Shown: one piece after another, positions 19,034 through 27,577 of the stretch
How the letters are laid out: each line of letters begins with the position of its first letter
How positions within the stretch are numbered: the first letter of the stretch is position 1
Source of the DNA: an uncultured Clostridia bacterium
GTDB lineage: Bacteria > Bacillota > Clostridia > Christensenellales > CAG-138
Reading direction: 5' to 3'
Assembly: GCA_946614035.1 (NCBI GenBank)
Contig: CAMOGJ010000007.1
Coordinates: forward strand, 1,866 to 65,865
Length of the DNA stretch: 64,000 bases
Program-made: the position numbers and the translations under genes
Notes under the pieces: model-generated
Seen by the model: only the letters and a program-made list of their open reading frames with translations
Databases searched by the model: none
Told to the model about the DNA's origin: nothing

Positions 19034-19065
19034 AAAGAGACGCAGAATCCTGCGTCTCTCTTTTT
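19034..19065. terminator. Intrinsic terminator ending the tct-aro operon
   Basis: AGAGACGCAG-AATC-CTGCGTCTCT followed by CTTTTT. Confidence 0.85.
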
Positions 19066-19079
19066 GAACGTAATATGTG

Positions 19080-19397
19080 TTACGCGCGGCGTTTTCCGAG
19101 CAGCACATTCAGCAAGGAAGCCGCTGCAAGCAGCACGATGCCGATGATACAGACAACCCACGCAAACGCGTTCTTGCCGATACAAAGCGCCAGAATACCG
19201 AACAGCAGGAAGTAAACCGCCGCAAACAGTTCAATCCAGCCGATGCGCTGTGCGAACGCGCTGTCCACCTTGCCCGCATTGCGTTCCATCACAAAATTGT
19301 TGATCAGAGCGTATTTACCGCGCATTGCAATCAGATACCCGATCCCGCCCAGAAACAGTGCAAAAAGGATCATCACGATTCCCAAGAAAATATGCAT
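19080..19397 (-). CDS. Small 3-TM membrane protein (DUF3784-like)
   Basis: GYLI...GKY.LIN pattern with three hydrophobic helices; RBS present. Confidence 0.6.
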   Translation of the reverse strand: MHIFLGIVMILFALFLGGIGYLIAMRGKYALINNFVMERNAGKVDSAFAQRIGWIELFAAVYFLLFGILALCIGKNAFAWVVCIIGIVLLAAASLLNVLLGKRRA

Positions 19398-19524
19398 ACT
19401 CCATCCTCCTTACCGTCAATCATCAGTTCTGATACTTTTAATATATTTAGTATAACGCGCATTTGCAACATAAATTCGAAATCTATGTTACGAATTTAAG
19501 AATTTTGACATTTTTCCGGAATTT

Positions 19525-20478
19525 TTACGGCTGCGGTACAATCGCATACTGAACAAGGATATCGCCCGTGTCCGTGGAGATCTCGCATTTGCCGCCGCTC
19601 TGTGTGTCCGGTACGCTTACCTTGCCGGTGCTTGTCTCGGCATCGAACATCTTTTCGGAAAGCAGGCTTGCCGTGACGTCTCCGGTGCTCGTTTCGATCG
19701 AAAGCGTCTCGGCGTCGCAGCGTTCCAGCGTCAGGTCGCCGGTGCTTCTTTTGATGCGAAGCGTGTCCTTCACAATGACGTCCGTCAGGGTCATGCGACC
19801 GGTGCTGCCCTCCGATTTCAGCGTATTGCACGTGAGACTGTCGATCTCGGTCTTTCCCGTGCTGACGTTGATGATGACGTCGCCCGATACGGACGCGCTG
19901 CGCACCGCGATCCTGCCGGTCGAAACGACCAGCGATACGGTCTTTGCGCGGACGCCGTCAAGCGTGATATCGCCGGTGCTTGCCGTGATCTCAATTGCGT
20001 TTTCCGCGGACGCCCCGCACGTGACGTCTCCCGTTGAAGCGGTGATCTGCACGTTGTCGAAGGAAAAACGGCTGTCCACCGTGACGTCGCCGGTATGGCT
20101 TTCGACGGAAAGCGTCCTGTACGCCGTCCCGGGCAGACGAATCTGCATTGGCTGATCCGCGCTCATCATCAGCCGGTCCACCCACGTGCGTTCGTCGACG
20201 GTCGTGACCGTCAGCACGCCGTCCCGAACGGTAACGTTCGGATAAAACTTCTCCGTCACGGCGCTGTCGACGGAACAGGTTCCGTCCTCCGACAGGATGA
20301 ATTCGATGTTCATCTCATGCGTGTCGATATGAATGTCGGTAAACGGTTCGTTGACCGAATAACGCATGGCTTCATATGTCATAGGCGGCAGACTTCCTCC
20401 CGCAAACAATCCTCCGACAAAGATCAGCAGTCCCACCGTAAGCAGTACGATCGCTGTAATGATGGCTCCCTTTTTCAT
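19525..20478 (-). CDS. DUF4097 beta-strand repeat protein
   Basis: N-terminal TM helix; many (S/H)TG(D/R/K)(V/I) repeats; downstream of padR-DUF1700. Confidence 0.85.
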   Translation of the reverse strand: MKKGAIITAIVLLTVGLLIFVGGLFAGGSLPPMTYEAMRYSVNEPFTDIHIDTHEMNIEFILSEDGTCSVDSAVTEKFYPNVTVRDGVLTVTTVDERTWVDRLMMSADQPMQIRLPGTAYRTLSVESHTGDVTVDSRFSFDNVQITASTGDVTCGASAENAIEITASTGDITLDGVRAKTVSLVVSTGRIAVRSASVSGDVIINVSTGKTEIDSLTCNTLKSEGSTGRMTLTDVIVKDTLRIKRSTGDLTLERCDAETLSIETSTGDVTASLLSEKMFDAETSTGKVSVPDTQSGGKCEISTDTGDILVQYAIVPQP

Positions 20479-21086
20479 CTTGCTTTCTCCTTTCCGACAA
20501 ACAGTCGTTTGATCCCCCGCACGATGCTGCGTGCAAGCTTTGCCGTTCCGACGGACGCAGCTTTGCATCCGAAGAACAGAAGAATCGAAAGTCCGATCAG
20601 CGTCAGTGCCGCGCCGAGCAGTACGACGCCGAATGCGACGTATCCATGCAGCATATACAGCACGGTAGCGACAAGCCCGAACAGTGCCGCCGCCCATAGT
20701 ACGAGTTCCACTGCCCACAGGCAGATGACCAGTATCCACAGCACGACATAGAACACAAGAATCAGCACGAACGCTACGATCATCAGCGGGAACCAGAGCG
20801 GGAAACCGAGAATCAGCAAAAGAATCTCCCAGGCGCGCAGACTGCGCTTCGGCTTGATCCGTTCCTTTACGATCTTCGTAAGCGGCGTTTGCGCAACGAT
20901 CTCATTGATCACACGATCCACAGGTCCGATTGCCTCGACCGCTTCCTCCTCGGAGAGTCCCTCTTCCATCCGATCGTCGATCATCTCGCCGTAGAACGCA
21001 AGCCGTTCTTCGATATCCTGCTGCGGCAGTCCGGCAAGACCGCTTTGCAGCGCTTCCAAAAATGCGGTTTTAAGCATGTTCCCCAT
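20475..21086 (-). CDS. DUF1700 membrane protein
   Basis: FLEAL...L.GLP..DIEERLAFYGEMIDDRMEEGLSEEEAV followed by TM helices. Confidence 0.88.
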   Translation of the reverse strand: MGNMLKTAFLEALQSGLAGLPQQDIEERLAFYGEMIDDRMEEGLSEEEAVEAIGPVDRVINEIVAQTPLTKIVKERIKPKRSLRAWEILLLILGFPLWFPLMIVAFVLILVFYVVLWILVICLWAVELVLWAAALFGLVATVLYMLHGYVAFGVVLLGAALTLIGLSILLFFGCKAASVGTAKLARSIVRGIKRLFVGKEKAR

Positions 21087-21390
21087 CCCCTTTTGTCACA
21101 AATTGATAAATCGATATGACTTCCTTCCATTCCGCACGGAACGCTTCGATGCGTTTCAGACCCGCGTCGGTGATATGATAATACTTTCGAAGCCGTCCTT
21201 CGTGCTCGGCGGATCGCACCGTCAGCATCGATGCCGCTTCCAGGCGCTTCAGGATCGTGTATAAGGTTGATTCGGACATTTCGAGGTACGGTTTCATGTC
21301 CTTAATGATCTTGTACCCGTACGAATCCTCGTTCTTGATGGCGGCAAGCACGCAGACGTCCAAAAGCCCGCGCTTCAATTGAGCATCCAT
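21070..21390 (-). CDS. PadR family transcriptional regulator
   Basis: QLKRGLLDVCVL, SYGYKI, ESTLYTILKRLE, GRLRKYYHIT. Confidence 0.92.
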   Translation of the reverse strand: MDAQLKRGLLDVCVLAAIKNEDSYGYKIIKDMKPYLEMSESTLYTILKRLEAASMLTVRSAEHEGRLRKYYHITDAGLKRIEAFRAEWKEVISIYQFVTKGDGEHA

Positions 21391-21409
21391 ACAATACCTC
21401 CTTTTGTGT

Positions 21410-21443
21410 AATACATCGTATCACGTAGTATTGAGGTTGTCAA
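21410..21443 (-). promoter_or_regulatory. padR promoter with overlapping inverted repeat
   Basis: TTGACA-N17-TACGAT; AATAC-N13-GTATT (21410-21432) spans the -10 element. Confidence 0.6.
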
Positions 21444-21468
21444 GTCAGAATGCTTCATTTTACTGGAT

Positions 21469-21816
21469 TCAGGAAATGGTTTTGATCTCGATGCCGACTA
21501 CGCCGCAGCGCTGCTGCTGTTCTGCGGAATAATACGCGTTCATGTCGGACGGGTTAGCGAATGGGAGATCCGCATCCCGATAGCCGCACTTTTGAAGCGG
21601 CAGATGTTTGTACAGTTCTTGAAAGGAAGGAAACAGGTGCAGACGAACGACCGAAACGTCGACCGTTTCGGAAGGGTTCTGCGTATTGACAAACGTGATC
21701 GAATCACCGACGCGGATGCGGCGACGCTTTTCATCGTACAGACGAAGCTCGATCGTTTTGGTTCCGTTTGCGATCATGGCAAACGGCTGCGGATGCAGGT
21801 TCATTACATGATGCAT
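21469..21816 (-). CDS. ASCH domain protein
   Basis: MNLHPQPF..IANGTKTIELRLYDEKR...VGD.I.F and YS.EQ....GVVGIEI. Confidence 0.85.
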   Translation of the reverse strand: MHHVMNLHPQPFAMIANGTKTIELRLYDEKRRRIRVGDSITFVNTQNPSETVDVSVVRLHLFPSFQELYKHLPLQKCGYRDADLPFANPSDMNAYYSAEQQQRCGVVGIEIKTIS

Positions 21817-21854
21817 AGTCTCACCGGTTTGGGGGTGAACCCAAGGGAATTTCG

Positions 21855-21885
21855 AAAAGAAAAACCCGATGCGATTGCATCGGGT
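21855..21885 (-). terminator. Terminator after tRNA-Arg
   Basis: ACCCGATGC-N4-GCATCGGGT hairpin followed by a U-tract on the minus strand. Confidence 0.75.
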
Positions 21886-21889
21886 CTTC

Positions 21890-21965
21890 TGGCGCGCCTG
21901 GCAGGATTCGAACCTGCGACCTACCGGTTCGTAGCCGGGCACTCTATCCACTGAGCTACAAGCGC
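21890..21965 (-). tRNA. tRNA-Arg(ACG)
   Basis: GCGCTTGTAGCTCAGTGGATAGAGTG-CCCGG-CT-ACG-AA-CCGGT-AGGTCGCAGGTTCGAATCCTGCCAGGCGCGCCA; CCA is encoded. Confidence 0.96.
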
Positions 21966-21989
21966 AAGCACGCTTTTGCGTACTTTGTT

Positions 21990-22018
21990 ATTTTAGCTTC
22001 CTTAACGGAAAATGTCAA
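21990..22018 (-). promoter_or_regulatory. Sigma-A promoter of tRNA-Arg
   Basis: TTGACA-N17-TAAAAT. Confidence 0.75.
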
Positions 22019-22046
22019 GTACCAATTTCGGATTTTGAAAGATATA

Positions 22047-22562
22047 CTATCTTTCGCCTCTCTCCTTCGGAAAATCCACGCCCCAAACGCGTACAACGTG
22101 ATTTTTCGACGATTTAAGCGTTTCGAGGAAACGGTCGAGCGACATCGCATACGGGCGCGTAAAGTAGTTATAGAGCGTGTACGTGCCTTCCCTGTTCAGA
22201 AAGCCCGAAACGTAATGCGCACCGAACCAGTACCAGTACAGCACGATGACCGCATCGTGGCGGATACCGCCGTCCGGATGCTTCTTATCAAGATCGATGA
22301 CCTTGAACCCCTTCGGCTCCAGGATCTCGCGCACCGAGGACGGACGCGTGCCGAGTAATCCGAACAGATTGGTCTTGATCGCATCGCGCGCTTCGTAATA
22401 CGGTTCAAAGCGCGTATCGGGGCGTGCGGCACGCTCGACGTTGTAAAGCGCGATCATGCCGCAGCCGTTTTTGGCGACCGTTCCGAGCCGTCCGTACTTG
22501 CGGTCGGCGAAGCGCGGATCGGTCTGCGTATTCAATAAACCGTAATCGAATGTGCGATCCAT
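22047..22562 (-). CDS. Putative C39-like (papain-fold) cysteine peptidase
   Basis: NGCGMIALYN (Cys), GAHYV (His), TLYNY (Asn); no signal peptide. Confidence 0.5.
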   Translation of the reverse strand: MDRTFDYGLLNTQTDPRFADRKYGRLGTVAKNGCGMIALYNVERAARPDTRFEPYYEARDAIKTNLFGLLGTRPSSVREILEPKGFKVIDLDKKHPDGGIRHDAVIVLYWYWFGAHYVSGFLNREGTYTLYNYFTRPYAMSLDRFLETLKSSKNHVVRVWGVDFPKERGER

Positions 22563-22567
22563 AGCTT

Positions 22568-24436
22568 TTAGTTAAAGTCTACGATAACCTCGTTGAAGGT
22601 TCTGTCCCTGCCGTAGTTGACCGCCCACGGTGAAGAGCTGCTCCAGCCCGATGCGGTCGCGCCGAACGGAACCGTGAAGTTCTTGACCTTCGTGTATTCG
22701 AACGTCTTTGCGACCTCGATCGCAAGCGTCTGAATCTCATCGAGTTTCTTGAGGTATTGCTGTCCGATGGAGTTCAGAGAGCTGCTCGATTTCTTTGCTT
22801 GCTTATCCGCTTCCTTATGCAGGTCCTCGAGTTCCTTCAAACAGGTCTTGTACTGCTCGAACAGTTCACGCTGCTCCTTCGTATACTTGCGAAGCGGCTG
22901 CTCAGTTGCGCTCGCGAACAGCAGTCCGCGCTGTGCCTCGCTGCTCCACGCGCCGCTGTCGTCTCCCCCGTCGGTCGGTGCAGCCGTCGGCGCGGGCGTC
23001 GGTGCAGGCGTCGGTTCCGGCGTCGGCGCGGGCGTCGGCGCGGGCGCTTCGGTCGGCTCCTGCGGCGGATCGGTCGGCGCTGCCGTCGGTTCGCCCGGAA
23101 TGTCCGGCGTAACCTCCGGAGACGGTTCCATCGTCGGCTCAGCGGTGAATTCGGGCAGCTTGTCGTCCTCGTCGATCAGCTTCTGCACGTACTTGGTCAG
23201 CGGGTTCAGAAGCTCCATATAGTGCTCATACAGCATGTCGCACCAGCGATAGCGACCGTAGCTCAGCGTGTACTTCGAACGACGGCTCGCATCCACGCCG
23301 TAGACCTTTTTGATGACGTCTACGCGGTTGCTCTGATCGGTAAAGCAGAAGTTCCACTGGAAAAGGGACGTCGTGCTGCCGCTCATCGAATACATGCCGA
23401 TGTTCTCCGGGCTGAGGTTGTATGCGAACGCGGCGAGCGCAGCCGTCTGACCGGTCGTGCAGTTGGTGAACAGATCGCCGTCGAACGTGTCGATGATGTC
23501 GGGAATCTTCGTGATCAGCTTATCCGCCTGCATCTGTCTAAACAGCGCGATCAGCATGCGCTTTTGACGGTTGACGCGGTTTGCGTCGCCCTGCTCGTTC
23601 GAGGGCAGTCCGTTGACGCCCTTGCGGACACGGCAGTAATCCAAAAAGCCCTGTCCGTCGACGTGCTGCATGCCCTTTTCATAGGAGCGTCCCTGGATCT
23701 TGAATGCGATGTCCATGTCGTATTCGAGACCGCCGCACAGATCGACAAGGTCCTTCAACGACGTCATGGTGACCGCGTAATAGTAGTCGACATCGATGCC
23801 GCCGAGCATCCACTCCGCCGCTTCGCAGACCTTCTTGAGTCCTTTCGGGTTATAGGTGCCGTCATTGTTGTAGAGACCGCCGCCGCAGTTGAGCGATGCG
23901 TTGAGCTTATAGATGCCCTTGACGCCCGGAATCTCCGCGTACGTGTCGCGCGGCAGCGAAATGAGGTCCGCACGGTTCTCCTCGAAGTTGACCGCAAGCA
24001 CCATCATGACGTCCGAGTGCCATTCCTTCTTGCCGCTCCACGTCTCGCGCTCGGTGGAATAGTCCACGCCGACGAGCAGCACGTTGACGATATCCTTCAT
24101 CATCGAGGTATCCGCCTGCTCATACAGCAGCTCGTACGGATCCACCGTCGGTGCGGGCGTCGGCTCTTCGGTCGGCGCGGCGGTTTCCTGCTCTGACGAC
24201 GTCGCATCCGGAGCGGTCGTTGCAGCCGGTTCGGGCGTGATGAACACGTTTTCCGGCGCCTGCGCATTCGGATCCTCCGTCTTGCCGGAGCAGGAGCCGA
24301 CGTTGCGGAAATCGTTTCCCGTACCGCCGTGCAGGAACGACGTGACCGGCGACAGCAGCAGCGCGATAACGACGCCTAAAACCACGATACCTCCCGCGAT
24401 ACAGGATAACAGAATGATCAGTTTCTTTCTTTCCAT
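22568..24436 (-). CDS. LCP (LytR-CpsA-Psr) family glycopolymer transferase
   Basis: N-terminal TM helix; NVLLVGVD, SDVMMVL, SLPRDTY, KLNA, YCRVRK, GDANRVNRQ. Confidence 0.9.
   Translation of the reverse strand: MERKKLIILLSCIAGGIVVLGVVIALLLSPVTSFLHGGTGNDFRNVGSCSGKTEDPNAQAPENVFITPEPAATTAPDATSSEQETAAPTEEPTPAPTVDPYELLYEQADTSMMKDIVNVLLVGVDYSTERETWSGKKEWHSDVMMVLAVNFEENRADLISLPRDTYAEIPGVKGIYKLNASLNCGGGLYNNDGTYNPKGLKKVCEAAEWMLGGIDVDYYYAVTMTSLKDLVDLCGGLEYDMDIAFKIQGRSYEKGMQHVDGQGFLDYCRVRKGVNGLPSNEQGDANRVNRQKRMLIALFRQMQADKLITKIPDIIDTFDGDLFTNCTTGQTAALAAFAYNLSPENIGMYSMSGSTTSLFQWNFCFTDQSNRVDVIKKVYGVDASRRSKYTLSYGRYRWCDMLYEHYMELLNPLTKYVQKLIDEDDKLPEFTAEPTMEPSPEVTPDIPGEPTAAPTDPPQEPTEAPAPTPAPTPEPTPAPTPAPTAAPTDGGDDSGAWSSEAQRGLLFASATEQPLRKYTKEQRELFEQYKTCLKELEDLHKEADKQAKKSSSSLNSIGQQYLKKLDEIQTLAIEVAKTFEYTKVKNFTVPFGATASGWSSSSPWAVNYGRDRTFNEVIVDFN
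22970..23150 (-). repeat. PT-rich coding repeats (PTPA/PTPE)
   Basis: Imperfect 12-bp repeats GTCGG(C/T)GC(G/A)GGC within the LCP C-terminal region. Confidence 0.65.
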
Positions 24437-24634
24437 TTCAAATGATCCTTTCGGTTCATACGTTTTCACGTTAGATTGTACTCCTATTTTTCTGAGAATT
24501 CCACGGAAAAACGGAATCGTTACGAACATTTTACAAAAACAACGCAATTACATGCTATCCTTTTGCTGCAATCGTCACCGATCTTGTGAAAAACCGGTAA
24601 AATCCGAAAAAAAGCTTTCTTTTCCGGATTCGTG

Positions 24635-24643
24635 TGCTATAAT
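24635..24643 (+). promoter_or_regulatory. Extended -10 promoter for the GT2-GtrA operon
   Basis: TGCTATAAT about 30 nt upstream of the ATG. Confidence 0.6.
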
Positions 24644-24672
24644 GTAAAGTGAATATTTATGGGGGTAAATCC

Positions 24673-25839
24673 ATGATCATCGTTATTCCGGCATATGAAC
24701 CGGATGAAAAGCTGCTCGGCGTCGTTCGCGCATTCTCCGAACAGACCGAGTTTGACATCGTCGTAGTCAACGACGGCAGCAAAGAATCGTGCTGTCCCGT
24801 GTTCGACGCGCTCAAAGCATATCCGTGCGTGACGCTCCTGGAGCACGAAGTCAACCGCGGCAAAGGCGCTGCTATGAAAACGGCATTTGCATATATTCAG
24901 TCGCACTTCCCCGAAGCGGACGGTGTGATGACCGTCGATGCGGACGGACAACATCTGATGCCCGACTGCATGAAGGTATACGAGGCGTTCAAGGCGCATC
25001 CCGACGTGCTGATCACCGGTTCGCGCCGCTTTCAGGGCAAGGTCCCGTTCCGCAGCCGTTTCGGCAACGGCATTACGCGCGGCGTCTTTCAGCTGACGAC
25101 GGGCAAACACGTGTATGACACGCAAACCGGTCTTCGCGCGTTCTCCGTCGATCGCATTCCCGAAATGCTCGCGCTCGGCGGCGACCGCTACGAGTACGAG
25201 ATTCATCAGCTGCTGCACTGCTGCACAAAGGGAACCGGCGTATATGAGGTGCCGATCGAAACCGTCTACATCGACGACAACAGTTCGTCGCACTTCGACA
25301 CGCTGCACGATTCCGCAAAGATCTATAAAGTCATCTTTAAGTTCCTCGGACCGACTTTTCTGAAGTTCATGTCGACATCGTTTTTGAGCTTTTTGATCGA
25401 CTTTCTGAGCTTCTGCGTGATCTTCTACGGAACGGTTGCGCTGTTCGGCGGCTTCTCCATTGCGAAGGAGATGTTCTCCTTTAACCGTGCCGTGTCCTCG
25501 AACTGGGCGAACACGCTGATCGCGCTGAACCCGATCGTATTCGTCGGCGGCGGTTCCGTGCTGCGCATGGTTTCGCTCGCTTTGGCGCGCGTGATTTCCG
25601 GCATCTGCAACTACCTGATGAACCGCAGATTCGTGTTTGAAGGCACAAAGAAGGATCGCAATCTGCTTCGCTACGCCGTCGTTGCGATCACCGTTCTGCT
25701 GCTGAACTGGCTGTTCATCGAGCTGTTCACGCACATCGGCATCCCCGCATGGCTTGCAAACATTCTCTCGCAGACGATCTGCTACCCGCTGTCGTTCTTT
25801 TTGCAGCGTTCGTTTGTGTTTCGAAAGAAGGAATCCTGA
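24673..25839 (+). CDS. Bifunctional glycosyltransferase family 2 / GtrA-family protein
   Basis: IPAYEP, VNDGS, NRGKGAA, DADGQH, DTQTGLR; C-terminal GtrA-like region (LKF..TS..SFLID, ARVISG..NY..NRRFVF). Confidence 0.9.
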   Translation: MIIVIPAYEPDEKLLGVVRAFSEQTEFDIVVVNDGSKESCCPVFDALKAYPCVTLLEHEVNRGKGAAMKTAFAYIQSHFPEADGVMTVDADGQHLMPDCMKVYEAFKAHPDVLITGSRRFQGKVPFRSRFGNGITRGVFQLTTGKHVYDTQTGLRAFSVDRIPEMLALGGDRYEYEIHQLLHCCTKGTGVYEVPIETVYIDDNSSSHFDTLHDSAKIYKVIFKFLGPTFLKFMSTSFLSFLIDFLSFCVIFYGTVALFGGFSIAKEMFSFNRAVSSNWANTLIALNPIVFVGGGSVLRMVSLALARVISGICNYLMNRRFVFEGTKKDRNLLRYAVVAITVLLLNWLFIELFTHIGIPAWLANILSQTICYPLSFFLQRSFVFRKKES

Positions 25840-25845
25840 TTGCCT

Positions 25846-27294
25846 ATGAAACAAACCGGTCATCCGTCCCGCAAGAAGCCGAACAGCAAGTGGAAGCCCC
25901 TTCGCATCGTTGCGTCGGTTCTTCTGAATCTTGCGATCGTGCTCTCCGCCGTCTACATACTGTATCATATTCTGGATCATTTCAACCCGCGTCTGCACTT
26001 CATCGAGCAGTCCGATCTGCCGATCGTGCCGTCGTTTTCGTTCCTGATCCCGATCCTGTTCATTCTCGCCGTTCTGCTCTATGACCTGCTGTTCGTTGCA
26101 GGCGCGTTCAAGGGCAGACGGTTCAAGAAAGGACGTTTCTTTTTGATCGCTCTGGTCGATCTTATCCTGTTCGTTGCGCTGTCGCTTGTGATCATTGCGC
26201 ACAGCTGCAATCTTTTGATGCGTCTCGGTCTTGAGACCGTCAACGAGCAGGAGGTCATCGCGCAGCTGAGCACACCGATCCCGACTGTTGCCCCCACCGC
26301 GACGCCGGAACCGACCGAGCCGGCAACCGTGGAAGCGACGCCTGCACCTTCCGAAACGCAGAACGCATCCGATCCGACGCCCCAACACAGCGCTGCGCCG
26401 ACCGATACGCCGGCAGCGAGCACGATTCCGGGACTTTTGGGCGACCGGTTCGTCGAAAAGTTCACCGAGCAAAAGCAGACGCAGGTGTACGACAGTACAA
26501 ACGTCGTGGAAACGCTCTCGGACGGTACGCAAAAGACGCTGCTCTACTCCTATTCGAGCGACAAGGCCGCCGTCGACATCTACCACTATCAGCTCGGCAA
26601 ACTCGAATACCAAATCGCGGATATTTACATGCGCGACATCAACTGCTTTAAGACCGCATACCGGCTGAACCCGAAGCAGAACGTCAAGACGCAGGGATAC
26701 GCCGAGGAGATCGATGCGATCGTCGCGACCAACGGCGACAACTTCAACGCCGGCAAGATTTCCGACGGGCTCGTGATCCGCAACGCGGCACAGCTTTTCC
26801 CGTCCGGCGGCAAACCGCAGTCGCGCTACACATCCGACCTCTGCGTGCTCTACTACGACGGGACGATGCGCGTATACGACTGCAAGGCGGACAAGATCGA
26901 CTACGCGGAAATCCTTGCGAACTACCCGTATCAGGCGTTCTACTTCGGACCGAAGCTTTTGAATGACGACGGAACGGCAAAGACGAAGTTCAATTCGACG
27001 CTCGGCAAGAGCAATCCGCGCACCGTTCTCGGCTACTATGAACCGGGTCACTATCAGCTGCTCGTCGTGCTTGGCACGCGCGAACAGATCGATTATAACG
27101 GCAGAAGCCACGGGAACGGCAAGTCCCCCGGCATGACGTTCGAGGAGCTTTCGAAGCTGTGCGAACAGCAGGGCTACGCAATGGCGTACAACCTCGACGG
27201 CGGCGGTTCGTCCAGCATGTACTGGAACAAAACGATCTTCGGACACAACGATCGCACGCACGGCGACATTCTCGCCATCGTCGATCCGTCGTAA
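25846..27294 (+). CDS. Membrane-anchored phosphodiester glycosidase (NAGPA/DUF2233) family protein
   Basis: 3 TM helices, PT linker; ATNGD, GLVIRN, FGPKLL, NPRTVLGYYEPGHY, AYNLDGGGS. Confidence 0.82.
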   Translation: MKQTGHPSRKKPNSKWKPLRIVASVLLNLAIVLSAVYILYHILDHFNPRLHFIEQSDLPIVPSFSFLIPILFILAVLLYDLLFVAGAFKGRRFKKGRFFLIALVDLILFVALSLVIIAHSCNLLMRLGLETVNEQEVIAQLSTPIPTVAPTATPEPTEPATVEATPAPSETQNASDPTPQHSAAPTDTPAASTIPGLLGDRFVEKFTEQKQTQVYDSTNVVETLSDGTQKTLLYSYSSDKAAVDIYHYQLGKLEYQIADIYMRDINCFKTAYRLNPKQNVKTQGYAEEIDAIVATNGDNFNAGKISDGLVIRNAAQLFPSGGKPQSRYTSDLCVLYYDGTMRVYDCKADKIDYAEILANYPYQAFYFGPKLLNDDGTAKTKFNSTLGKSNPRTVLGYYEPGHYQLLVVLGTREQIDYNGRSHGNGKSPGMTFEELSKLCEQQGYAMAYNLDGGGSSSMYWNKTIFGHNDRTHGDILAIVDPS

Positions 27295-27306
27295 AGGAGG
27301 CACGGC

Positions 27307-27555
27307 ATGAGAAAATCCACGCGCACGGTTACGCTGATCCTCGCGCATGCGGGGCTGATCGTTTCGATCCTGTACCTGATCGGCTGTCTTTTGAACGCTC
27401 TGATTCCTGGCTTTCCGCCTCTCGCATATCGGAACTTCTTCCTGTTCGACTACGGGTACCTGATCGTTCCGCTTCTGTGTCTTGCGTCCGGCATTCTTCT
27501 GCAGATTTCCGCGACCAAACCGAAGCGCAAAAAAGCAGTGAACAAGCAACAGTAA
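27307..27555 (+). CDS. Small 2-TM membrane protein
   Basis: AAGGAGG RBS; two hydrophobic helices; paralog of 48887..49096. Confidence 0.7.
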   Translation: MRKSTRTVTLILAHAGLIVSILYLIGCLLNALIPGFPPLAYRNFFLFDYGYLIVPLLCLASGILLQISATKPKRKKAVNKQQ

Positions 27556-27577
27556 CAATAACTTTTAGGAGGCATCT

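Noticed and set aside
21817-21951. N-terminal extension of the ASCH ORF in the ORF track
   Set aside because: It runs through the tRNA-Arg gene and its terminator; the real start is near 21816.
19080-21965. Possible genomic island integrated at the 3' end of tRNA-Arg
   Set aside because: No integrase or transposase, and I found no duplicated tRNA 3' end (att site). The downstream genes are ordinary accessory genes.
24637-27558. 973-aa antisense ORF (likewise 37605..40082, 54693..57317, 35800..37596, 6858..8744, 59202..60866, 1417..2937)
   Set aside because: These are shadow ORFs opposite well-supported genes. High-GC codon bias depletes stop codons on the antisense frame; the products are R/V/D-rich with no recognisable motifs.
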